Assembly: GCA_964016885.1 (NCBI GenBank)
Contig: OZ024764.1
Span: forward strand, 14,818,001 to 14,882,000
DNA: 64,000 nucleotides
Reading direction: 5' to 3'
DNA from: Eledone cirrhosa
Taxonomy: Eukaryota
Position numbers and translations under genes: made by a program. Shown here one piece after another: positions 53,201 through 64,000 of the stretch (position 1 is the stretch's first letter; every line of letters starts with the position of its first letter). The notes under the pieces are model-generated. The model was not told the origin of the DNA and ran no database searches. It saw only the letters and a list, made by a program, of their open reading frames with translations.

Positions 53201-56200
53201 TACATATATGATTTAGCTTCAAGCATAGCTGTGTACATATAGGATTTAGCTTCAAGCATAGTTGTGTACATATATGATTTAGCTTCAAGCATAGCTGTGT
53301 ACATATAGGATTTAGCTTCAAGCATAGCTGTATACATATAGGATTTAGCTTCAAGCATAGTTGTGTACATATAGGATTTAGCTTCAAGCATAGCTGTGTA
53401 CATATAGGATTTAGCTTCAAGCATAGTTGTGTACATATAGGATTTAGCTTCAAGCATAGCTGTGTACATATAGGATTTAGCTTCAAGCATAGCTGTGTAC
53501 ATATAGGATTTAGCTTCAAGCATAGTTGTGTACATATAGGATTTAGCTTCAAGCATAGTTGTGTACATATAGGATTTAGCTTCAAGCATAGCTGTGTACA
53601 TATAGGATTTAGCTTCAAGCATAGTTGTGTACATATAGGATTTAGCTTCAAGCATAGCTGTGTACATATAGGATTTAGCTTCAAGCATAGTTGTGTACAT
53701 ATAGGATTTAGATTCAAGCATAGTTGTGTACATATAGGATTTAGCTTCAAGCATAGTTGTGTACATATAGGATTTAGCTTCAAGCATAGCTGTGTACATA
53801 TATGATTTAGCTTCAAGCATAGTTGTGTACATATATGATTTAGCTTCAAGCATAGCTGTGTACATATATGATTTAGCTTCAAGCATAGTTGTGTACATAT
53901 ATGATTTAGCTTCAAGCATAGCTGTATACATATAGGATTTAGCTTCAAGCATAGTTGTGTACATATAGGATTTAGCTTCAAGCATAGCTGTATACATATA
54001 GGATTTAGCTTCAAGCATAGTTGTGTACATATAGGATTTAGCTTCAAGCATAGTTGTGTACATATATGATTTAGCTTCAAGCATAGCTGTGTACATATAT
54101 GATTTAGCTTCAAGCATAGCTGTGTACATATAGGATTTAGCTTCAAGCATAGTTGTGTACATATATGATTTAGCTTCAAGCATAGTTGTGTACATATAGG
54201 ATTTAGCTTCAAGCATAATTGTATACATATAGGATTTAGCTTCAAGCATAATTGTATACATATAGGATTTAGCTTTAAGCATAGTTGTGTACATATAGGA
54301 TTTAGCTTCAAGCATAGCTGTGTACATATATGATTTAGCTTCAAGCATAGTTGTGTACATATATGATTTAGCTTCAAGCATAATTGTATACATATAGGAT
54401 TTAGCTTTAAGCATAGTTGTGTACATATAGGATTTAGCTTCAAGCACAGCTGTGTACATATAGGATTTAGCTTCAAGCATAGCTGTGTACATATAGGATT
54501 TAGCTTCAAGCATAGCTGTGTACATATAGGATTTAGCTTCAAGCATAGTTGTGTACATATAGGATTTAGCTTCAAGCATAGTTGTGTACATATAGGATTT
54601 AGCTTCAAGCATAGTTGTGTACATATAGGATTTAGCTTCAAGCATAGTTGTGTACATATAGGATTTAGCTTCAAGCATAGTTGTGTACATATAGGATTTA
54701 GCTTCAAGCATAGCTGTGTACATATAGGATTTAGCTTCAAGCATAGCTGTATACATATAGGATTTAGCTTCAAGCATAGTTGTGTACATATAGGATTTAG
54801 CTTCAAGCATAGCTGTGTACATATAGGATTTAGCTTCAAGCATAGTTGTGTACATATAGGATTTAGATTCAAGCATAGTTGTGTACATATAGGATTTAGC
54901 TTTAAGCATAGTTGTGTACATATAGGATTTAGCTTTAAGCATAGTTGTGTACATATAGGATTTAGCTTTAAGCATAGTTGTGTACATATAGGATTTAGCT
55001 TCAAGCATAGCTGTGTACATATATGATTTAGCTTCAAGCATAGTTGTGTACATATATGATTTAGCTTCAAGCATAGCTGTGTACATATATGATTTAGCTT
55101 CAAGCATAGCTGTGTACATATAGGATTTAGCTTCAAGCATAGCTGTGTACATATAGGATTTAGCTTCAAGCATAGTTGTGTACATATAGGATTTAGCTTC
55201 AAGCATAGTTGTGTACATATATGATTTAGCTTCAAGCATAGCTGTGTACATATAGGATTTAGCTTCAAGCATAGTTGTGTACATATAGGATTTAGCTTCA
55301 AGCATAGTTGTGTACATATAGGATTTAGCTTCAAGCATAGTTGTGTACATATAGGATTTAGCTTCAAGCATAGCTGTGTACATATAGGATTTAGCTTCAA
55401 GCATAGTTGTGTACATATAGGATTTAGCTTCAAGCATAGCTGTGTACATATAGGATTTAGCTTCAAGCATAGTTGTGTACATATAGGATTTAGATTCAAG
55501 CATAGTTGTGTACATATAGGATTTAGCTTTAAGCATAGTTGTGTACATATAGGATTTAGCTTTAAGCATAGTTGTGTACATATAGGATTTAGCTTTAAGC
55601 ATAGTTGTGTACATATAGGATTTAGCTTCAAGCATAGCTGTGTACATATATGATTTAGCTTCAAGCACAGCTGTGTACATATATGATTTAGCTTCAAGCA
55701 TAGCTGTGTACATATATGATTTAGCTTCAAGCATAGCTGTGTACATATAGGATTTAGCTTCAAGCATAGCTGTGTACATATATGATTTAGCTTCAAGCAT
55801 AGCTGTGTACATATTGGATTTAGCTTCAAGCATAGCTGTGTACATATAGGATTTAGCTTCAAGCACAGTTGTGTACATATAGGATTTAGCTTCAAGCATA
55901 GTTGTGTACATATATGATTTAGCTTCAAGCATAGCTGTGTACATATAGGATTTAGCTTCAAGCATAGTTGTGTACATATATGATTTAGCTTCAAGCATAG
56001 CTGTGTACATATAGGATTTAGCTTCAAGCATAGTTGTGTACATATAGGATTTAGCTTCAAGCATAGTTGTGTACATATAGGATTTAGCTTTAAGCATAGT
56101 TGTGTACATATAGGATTTAGCTTCAAGCATAGCTGTGTACATATATGATTTAGCTTCAAGCACAGCTGTGTACATATATGATTTAGCTTCAAGCATAGCT

Positions 56201-58455
56201 GTGTACATATATGATTTAGCTTCAAGCATAGCTGTGTACATATTGGATTTAGCTTCAAGCATAGCTGTGTACATATAGGATTTAGCTTCAAGCACAGTTG
56301 TGTACATATAGGATTTAGCTTCAAGCATAGTTGTGTACATATATGATTTAGCTTCAAGCATAGCTGTGTACATATAGGATTTAGCTTCAAGCATAGTTGT
56401 GTACATATATGATTTAGCTTCAAGCATAGCTGTGTACATATAGGATTTAGCTTCAAGCATAGCTGTATACATATAGGATTTAGCTTCAAGCATAGTTGTG
56501 TACATATAGGATTTAGCTTCAAGCATAGCTGTGTACATATAGGATTTAGCTTCAAGCATAGTTGTGTACATATAGGATTTAGCTTCAAGCATAGCTGTGT
56601 ACATATAGGATTTAGCTTCAAGCATAGCTGTGTACATATAGGATTTAGCTTCAAGCATAGTTGTGTACATATAGGATTTAGCTTCAAGCATAGTTGTGTA
56701 CATATAGGATTTAGCTTCAAGCATAGCTGTGTACATATAGGATTTAGCTTCAAGCATAGTTGTGTACATATAGGATTTAGCTTCAAGCATAGCTGTGTAC
56801 ATATAGGATTTAGCTTCAAGCATAGTTGTGTACATATAGGATTTAGATTCAAGCATAGTTGTGTACATATAGGATTTAGCTTCAAGCATAGTTGTGTACA
56901 TATAGGATTTAGCTTCAAGCATAGCTGTGTACATATATGATTTAGCTTCAAGCATAGTTGTGTACATATATGATTTAGCTTCAAGCATAGCTGTGTACAT
57001 ATATGATTTAGCTTCAAGCATAGTTGTGTACATATATGATTTAGCTTCAAGCATAGCTGTATACATATAGGATTTAGCTTCAAGCATAGTTGTGTACATA
57101 TAGGATTTAGCTTCAAGCATAGCTGTATACATATAGGATTTAGCTTCAAGCATAGTTGTGTACATATAGGATTTAGCTTCAAGCATAGTTGTGTACATAT
57201 ATGATTTAGCTTCAAGCATAGCTGTGTACATATATGATTTAGCTTCAAGCATAGCTGTGTACATATAGGATTTAGCTTCAAGCATAGTTGTGTACATATA
57301 TGATTTAGCTTCAAGCATAGCTGTGTACATATAGGATTTAGCTTCAAGCATAGTTGTGTACATATATGATTTAGCTTCAAGCATAGCTGTGTACATATAG
57401 GATTTAGCTTCAAGCATAGTTGTGTACATATATGATTTAGCTTCAAGCATAGCTGTGTACATATAGGATTTAGCTTCAAGTATAGTTGTGTACATATAGG
57501 ATTTAGCTTCAAGCACAGCTGTATACATATAGGATTTAGCTTCAAGCATAGTTGTGTACATATAGGATTTAGCTTCAAGCATAGCTGTATACATATAGGA
57601 TTTAGCTTCAAGCATAGTTGTGTACATATAGGATTTAGCTTCAAGCATAGTTGTGTACATATAGGATTTAGCTTCAAGCATAGTTGTGTACATATATGAT
57701 TTAGCTTCAAGCATAGTTGTGTACATATATGATTTAGCTTCAAGCATAGCTGTATACATATAGGATTTAGCTTCAAGCATAGTTGTGTACATATAGGATT
57801 TAGCTTCAAGCATAGCTGTGTACATATATGATTTAGCTTCAAGCATAGTTGTGTACATATATGATTTAGCTTCAAGCATAGTTGTGTACATATAGGATTT
57901 AGCTTCAAGCATAATTGTATACATATAGGATTTAGCTTCAAGCATAATTGTATACATATAGGATTTAGCTTTAAGCATAGTTGTGTACATATAGGATTTA
58001 GCTTCAAGCATAGCTGTGTACATATATGATTTAGCTTCAAGCATAGTTGTGTACATATATGATTTAGCTTCAAGCATAATTGTATACATATAGGATTTAG
58101 CTTTAAGCATAGTTGTGTACATATAGGATTTAGCTTCAAGCACAGCTGTGTACATATAGGATTTAGCTTCAAGCATAGCTGTGTACATATAGGATTTAGC
58201 TTCAAGCATAGCTGTGTACATATAGGATTTAGCTTCAAGCATAGCTGTGTACATATAGGATTTAGCTTCAAGCATAGCTGTGTACATATAGGATTTAGCT
58301 TCAAGCATAGTTGTGTACATATAGGATTTAGCTTCAAGCATAGTTGTGTACATATAGGATTTAGCTTTAAGCATAGTTGTGTACATATAGGATTTAGCTT
58401 CAAGCATAGTTGTGTACATATAGGATTTAGCTTCAAGCATAGTTGTGTACATATA
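50241..58455. repeat. 33 bp satellite, ~249 copies, with higher-order duplications
   Basis: GGATTTAGCTTCAAGCATAGTTGTGTACATATA; rare variants recur at exact multiples of 33. Confidence 0.95.
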
Positions 58456-58576
58456 TGTATAGAAATTTTGTATTCGAAAGATATAGGGTATGTTTATAGA
58501 TAAACATTTAGAAAGCCATAACTATGCAAAAAACACCGGGCTATTGCCCCCTGGTGGTGTCCAGTAGAAGCAAGGA

Positions 58577-58631
58577 GGACAATCGTCGATGCATTTCGGA
58601 CTTAACTGGTTCTCATCAGGATGATCGTTCC
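58577..58631 (-). ncRNA. Type I hammerhead ribozyme, family H
   Basis: Minus strand GGAACGATCATC-CTGATGA-GAAC CAGTTAA GTCC-GAAA-TGCA-TC-GACGATTGTCC; palindromic ATGCAT stem III; mismatches in stems I and II. Confidence 0.75.
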
Positions 58632-58844
58632 TACTCTTGCAACTGCTGGACTTGACAACAGGTGAGAATATATGGTTTTCTCGTCTGTGTAAATGAGGTG
58701 ATTAATCTCATTTGCATATGAAACTGCATAAATGATAATTTCATTATTGGCTACAAGCGCTTTACATATAGTTGACAATACAAAGAGACAGGAACAGTGG
58801 GGGCAGGGGGTTTGCAATAAAATCGAGTTAAAAAAACAACAAAT

Positions 58845-59205
58845 TAATAATTGTTTCTACTTTTGGCACAAGGCCAGCAATTATTCCAGTGTATTACTGG
58901 TACTTTCTTTTATCGACCCCGTAAAATAAAGTACCAGTAATGCACTGGGGTATTTTTAATAGACTTTCCCTTCCTCTCCCCCAAAATTGCTGGCCATGTG
59001 TATAATTGTTAATAATAATAATTGTTCCTACTTTAGGCACAAGGCCAGCAATTATCCCAGTGTATTACTGGTACTTTATTTTATCGACCCCCCTAAGGAT
59101 GAAAGGCAAAGTTAACCTCGGCTGGATTTGAACTCAGAATGGAAAGGGCCGTAACTCTATGCGTCAAAGCATGGCGTCCGACCCTCTACCAATACTGCCA
59201 ATTCA
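58845..59205 (-). mobile_element. MetaSINE-like copies including an inverted junction at ~58920
   Basis: Family sequence; 58845-58922 (-) abuts 58923-59005 (+); full copy at 59010-59205; another (+) piece at 61808-61920. Confidence 0.8.
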
Positions 59206-59237
59206 CCGCCCTAAATAATGATTTCATTTATTGGCCA

Positions 59238-60448
59238 CAAGGGCCAACATATAGGGGACAATACAAAGACAGGGACAGTGGGGGGTTTACAATAAGCTCC
59301 AGTAAAAGTACACAATGGCAAGGACCAACATATAGGGGACAATACAAGGACAAGGACAGTGGAGGGCTTACAATAACTCAAATAAAAGTACACAATGGCA
59401 AGGACCAACATATAGGGGACAATATAAAGACAGGGACAGTGGAGGGTTTACAATAAACTCCAGTAAAAGTACACAATGGCAAGGACCAACATATAGGGGA
59501 CAATATAAAGACAGGGACAGTGGAGGGTTTACAATAAGCTCCAGTAAAAGTACACAATGGCAAGGACCAACATATAGGGGACAATACAAGGACAAGGACA
59601 GTGGAGGGCTTACAATAACTCAAATAAAAGTACACAATGGCAAGGACCAACATATAGGGGACAATACAAGGACAAGGACAGTGGAGGGCTTACAATAACT
59701 CAAATAAAAGTACACAATGGCAAGGGCCAACATATAGGGGACAATACAAGGACAAGGACAGTGGAGGGCTTACAATAACTCAAATAAAAGTACACAATGG
59801 CAAGGGCCAACATATAGGGGACAATACAAGGACAGGGTAGGTGGAGGGTTTACAATAACTCAAATAAAAGTACACAATGGCAAGGGCCAACATATAGGGG
59901 ACAATACAAGGACAGGGTAGGTGGAGGGTTTACAATAACTCAAATAAAAGTACACAATGGCAAGGGCCAACATATAGGGGACAATACAAGGACAGGGTAG
60001 GTGGGGGGTTACAATAAGCTCAAGTAAAAGTACACAATGGCAAGGGCCAACATATAGGAGACAATATAAGGACAGGGACAGTGGAGGGTTTACAATAAGC
60101 TCAAGTAAAAGTACACAATGGCAAGGACCAACATATAGGGGACAATACAAGGACAGGGACAGTGGGGGGGGTTACAATAAGGTCAAGTAAAAGTACACAA
60201 TGGCAAGGACCAACATATAGGGGACAATACAAGGACAGGGACAGTGGAGGGTTTACAATAACTCAAATAAAAGTACACAATGGCAAGGGCCAACATATAG
60301 GGGACAATACAAGGACAGGGACAGTGGGGGGGTTACAATAAGGTCAAGTAAAAGTACACAATGGCAAGGACCAACATATAGGGGACAATATAAAGACAGG
60401 GACAGTGGGGGGGTTACAATAAGGTCAAGTAAAAGTACACAATGGCAA
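59238..60448. repeat. 80-81 bp tandem array (~15 copies) inside a Tx1-like LINE 3' UTR
   Basis: The unit and both flanks match the single-unit element at 46263-46675. Confidence 0.9.
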
Positions 60449-61395
60449 GACTAGTTTAACAATGAAAATATAAAATAAACTATGTATAAATATAACAAAA
60501 TAAATTCCTCAATAGTGGGGGGGGGGGGACCCAGGGGTGACTCAGGTACCCCACCAATCATGAACCACCCTGAACTTGCAGGGCACCCAGGGAGAGCACC
60601 CCTCTCCTCAAATTAACCAGCCTATAGGCACATGTCAAAGTAGGCCCACTAATACGGGCCATTCTCGTCACGTTCATCCATCTTTTAGCAAATGTACTGG
60701 GGGGGGGGGGGCACTTCTCTCTCCACCCTCACCTTCCTTTCAAAGTGTGTGTGTGCATGTATGTGAGTGTATGTGTGTGTGTGTATGTAGGTATATATGT
60801 GTGTGTGTGTGTATGTGTGTATGTATATATGTGTGTGTGTGTGTGTTTGTATGTGTCCGTGTATGTGTATGTGTATATGTGCCTGTATGTATGTGTTTTT
60901 TCTATATGTGTATGCGTCTGTCTGGGTGTATGTGTGTATATATGTCTATGTATGTGTGTATTTATGTGTATGTATGTGTGTCTGTATATATGTGTATGTA
61001 TGTGTGTGTGTATATATGTGTACGTATGTGTATCTGCATATATGTGTATATATGTGTGTATATTTGTGTATGTATATATGTGTGTATATACGTGTATGTA
61101 TGTGTGTATATATGTGTATGTATGTATATGTGTATATATATGTATGTATATATGTGTGTATATATGTGTATGTATGTGTGTATATATATATGTGTATGTA
61201 TGTATATGTGTATGTATGTGTGTATGTATATGTGTATGTATATATATGTGTATATATGTGTATGTATGTATATGCGCAGGGGGTGGGGTCGTGTGTAAAC
61301 AGGTTTAACAAGAGTAAAAAAGAAAGGTAACAAAAAAAAATTAAACAATGGGAATTCCACAATATTATATATATAAATATGTATATATATATATG

Positions 61396-61512
<117 letters not shown>

Positions 61513-61542
61513 TTATATATATATATATGTATATATATATAC

Positions 61543-61588
<46 letters not shown>

Positions 61589-61597
61589 GTATATATA

Positions 61598-61699
<102 letters not shown>

Positions 61700-62023
61700 T
61701 GTAGGTGTTGGTAAAGAACCAACACATGCTCAAAATATATATTGTATATATACATATATATATATATATACAAATATATATGTATATCGATGTATATATA
61801 AAGAGCTTCACCTTTCATCCTTACAGGATCGATAAAATAAAGTACTATTAATGCACTGGGATCGATTTAATCGAATTCGTCCTCCTCTAAATTGCTGCCC
61901 TTCTGCCTAAATCTAAAAACATTTAAACTCGTTGAGTCTCTCAAAAGACGTCTGTAGAAAACGTAAGGCTTGTACTGGTTATCTCCCTTTGAATATATTT
62001 TGATTTTTGAACACACACATGCG

Positions 62024-62087
<64 letters not shown>

Positions 62088-62090
<3 letters not shown>

Positions 62091-62478
62091 TGGCTGCCAA
62101 CTCGTTTTCGAGTACGGCCACTACTTTATATCCCTGTAGGAGAACCCCTACCGATGCGCTGAACGGGTGTGATTTTTTAGTCCAGCCAGCGACTTGAAAA
62201 CTCTGGTACAAACACTACACTTGTGACAATTATTGACACAAAGTGCTGGGCCCATGGTACCATGTGACGACAAGTGCAGAGAGATCTCCAGATATAAAGC
62301 AATGCCTGTGCCGTGAAGCTTTTATAGTGAGCAAAGGCACTGCACAAAGCCAGTCCCACTCTCTTAACCAAGATGATATTTACCAAAAAGAAAAATAAGT
62401 CAAGATGACCCCTTAGCCTTTGTCAAGGCTGAATTCTAGGAGAAGGAAAACTCTGATATAACACCTGCAACCCTGATA
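62088..62478. repeat. Third, rearranged copy of the 742-1146 repeat
   Basis: 62088-62402 is the reverse complement of ~830-1146; 62403-62478 is a direct copy of ~742-817. Confidence 0.85.
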
Positions 62479-62971
62479 GTATATATATATATATATATAT
62501 ATACATACATACGTCACTGTTTATTGACAGACAAGTTACAGAGACACACCCATGTATATACATCAACATATATATATGTGTATACACACACTCAAACATG
62601 TATGTATGTATGTGTATATATATATATATATATATAAATTTTTTTTTTTTATTGTAGAATACTTTTATTTTAAATGAATTTATTTTTAGATTTTCCCAAA
62701 TTCCCCAGATTTTTCCGGATTTTCTCGGATTTTTTCCGTCACATTTAATTATTTTATGGCATTAAATTTATCCAAAGAAATTTAGACTTTTTTAGTTTTA
62801 ATTTTTCTACAAATATTTAGACAAATCTTTTGTTTTTGTGGTTTTCATTTGAATTTAAATTAAATATATATTAAAAAGACATTTCAAAAAATATTTTGGG
62901 ATGTTATTTTTTAATTATCTTTAAAATTATATATATATATATATATATATGTATATGTGTGTGTGTGTATG

Positions 62972-63021
<50 letters not shown>

Positions 63022-63071
63022 ATCATATATACATATGTATATATATATATATAAATAAATATATATATATA

Positions 63072-63130
<59 letters not shown>

Positions 63131-63498
63131 GTGAAAGAGTGTTAATACTGTAAATAAAACCCTTTTTGTACAGCCGACCATGTTATTCTTCACTCTTTCA
63201 CTATTATTACTCCAAGATTAACCTACATGGGAATTCTCACAACCTCCCCACCTAACTAAGGAAACCTCTTGTTGAGTGAAACAACGCCCTACGTTAAAAC
63301 CATCCACAGTACAGAGTACCCACAACCCCTAACTGGATTACCTAAAACTATAATTTGTTATCCCATATATATATATAATCGATATGATTCCAGTTCCTCA
63401 GTGAAATAACAACCCAACCAGGAACTGGGCATATCAGAGTATTGACAAAATTATACAACTCAACAACATATGTACTTGTCTATACCACACTAATTCAA

Positions 63499-63553
63499 AC
63501 TGCCTGAAGAGGTCACAGCCAAAGATGGCTGTCACTGAAATATATATAGCAGT
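63499..63553 (+). ncRNA. Type I hammerhead ribozyme, family A variant
   Basis: ACTGC-CTGAAGA-GGTC ACAGCCA aaga TGGCTGT CACT-GAAA-TATATATA-GCAGT; compensatory stem II change relative to 194-249. Confidence 0.85.
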
Positions 63554-63724
63554 AATAAACGAAGCTAAATTTTAAACATTTGACTTTTTATTTTACTTTA
63601 TTTTATATATATATATATATAAGTATTGAAATTTTCGTTGAAAACAGAAAAGGTCATAGAAGTGAAGAGTGCTCTATGTAAGTATCAGAGCAAAATTTAA
63701 TGTATAAAAATCAATACAATATAA

Positions 63725-63800
63725 TTACCTCATTACCAGAGGTTTCCCGAATGAGGTGAATACGAAAGAAGCGTCTTCATTCGTTCGTCAGACGAGGCAA
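63725..63800 (-). ncRNA. Type I hammerhead ribozyme, family E
   Basis: Minus strand TTGCCTCGT-CTGACGA-A-CGAATGA..TCATTCG-G-GAAA-CC TCT GG-TA-ATGAGGTAA. Confidence 0.85.
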
Positions 63801-63857
63801 TATATATATATATATATGATATTAAATAAATGGAAACTATATTTATAAAACCATATT

Positions 63858-63923
63858 TATTTCATTATATATATTTCAGGGATATCATATTAACAATATG
63901 TTATGCCTTCTTCAGACAAAATA
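63858..63923 (-). ncRNA. Type I hammerhead ribozyme, family G
   Basis: Reverse-complement homolog of 38112-38177 with differences in the stem II region. Confidence 0.75.
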
Positions 63924-64000
63924 CAATATAAACAGTCTTATAAATAAATAGATATGACATACCTTTCAATCGACTTGCATTTGGGAATATACTCCAAATA

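Noticed and set aside
50229-58452. 2735 and 2739 aa ORFs
   Set aside because: The 33 bp unit lacks stops in two frames; there is no unique domain, and the array lies upstream of a real splice acceptor, so it is probably intronic

Overview
Eukaryotic, repeat-dominated animal DNA. The SINE/LINE complement and the (TA)n abundance suggest a mollusc, probably a cephalopod (inference). Two protein-coding genes are supported, both on the minus strand. One is an alpha-kinase with a large terminal coding exon (13601-14636) and candidate upstream non-coding exons. The other is a two-coding-exon secreted protein of about 235 aa (signal-peptide exon 50119-50164 spliced in phase 1 to a Pro/Gln/Met/Tyr repeat exon 48246-48907) that the ORF track misses. 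The main hidden feature is a dense population of type I hammerhead ribozyme motifs: 12 complete cores, one lacking its first C, and several half-motifs. They fall into at least 7 sequence families, mostly embedded in (TA)n and often in inverted pairs, as expected for Penelope-like element termini or non-autonomous retrozymes; two junctions fall at predicted cleavage sites. Also present: a TIR element carrying two convergent tRNA-like Pol III cassettes, many tRNA-derived SINEs, RTE/Tx1/R4-Dong/CRE LINE fragments, and seven large tandem arrays, several visibly born inside transposons. Almost all long ORFs in the track are repeat artefacts. All calls are by eye; no searches or folding programs were run.
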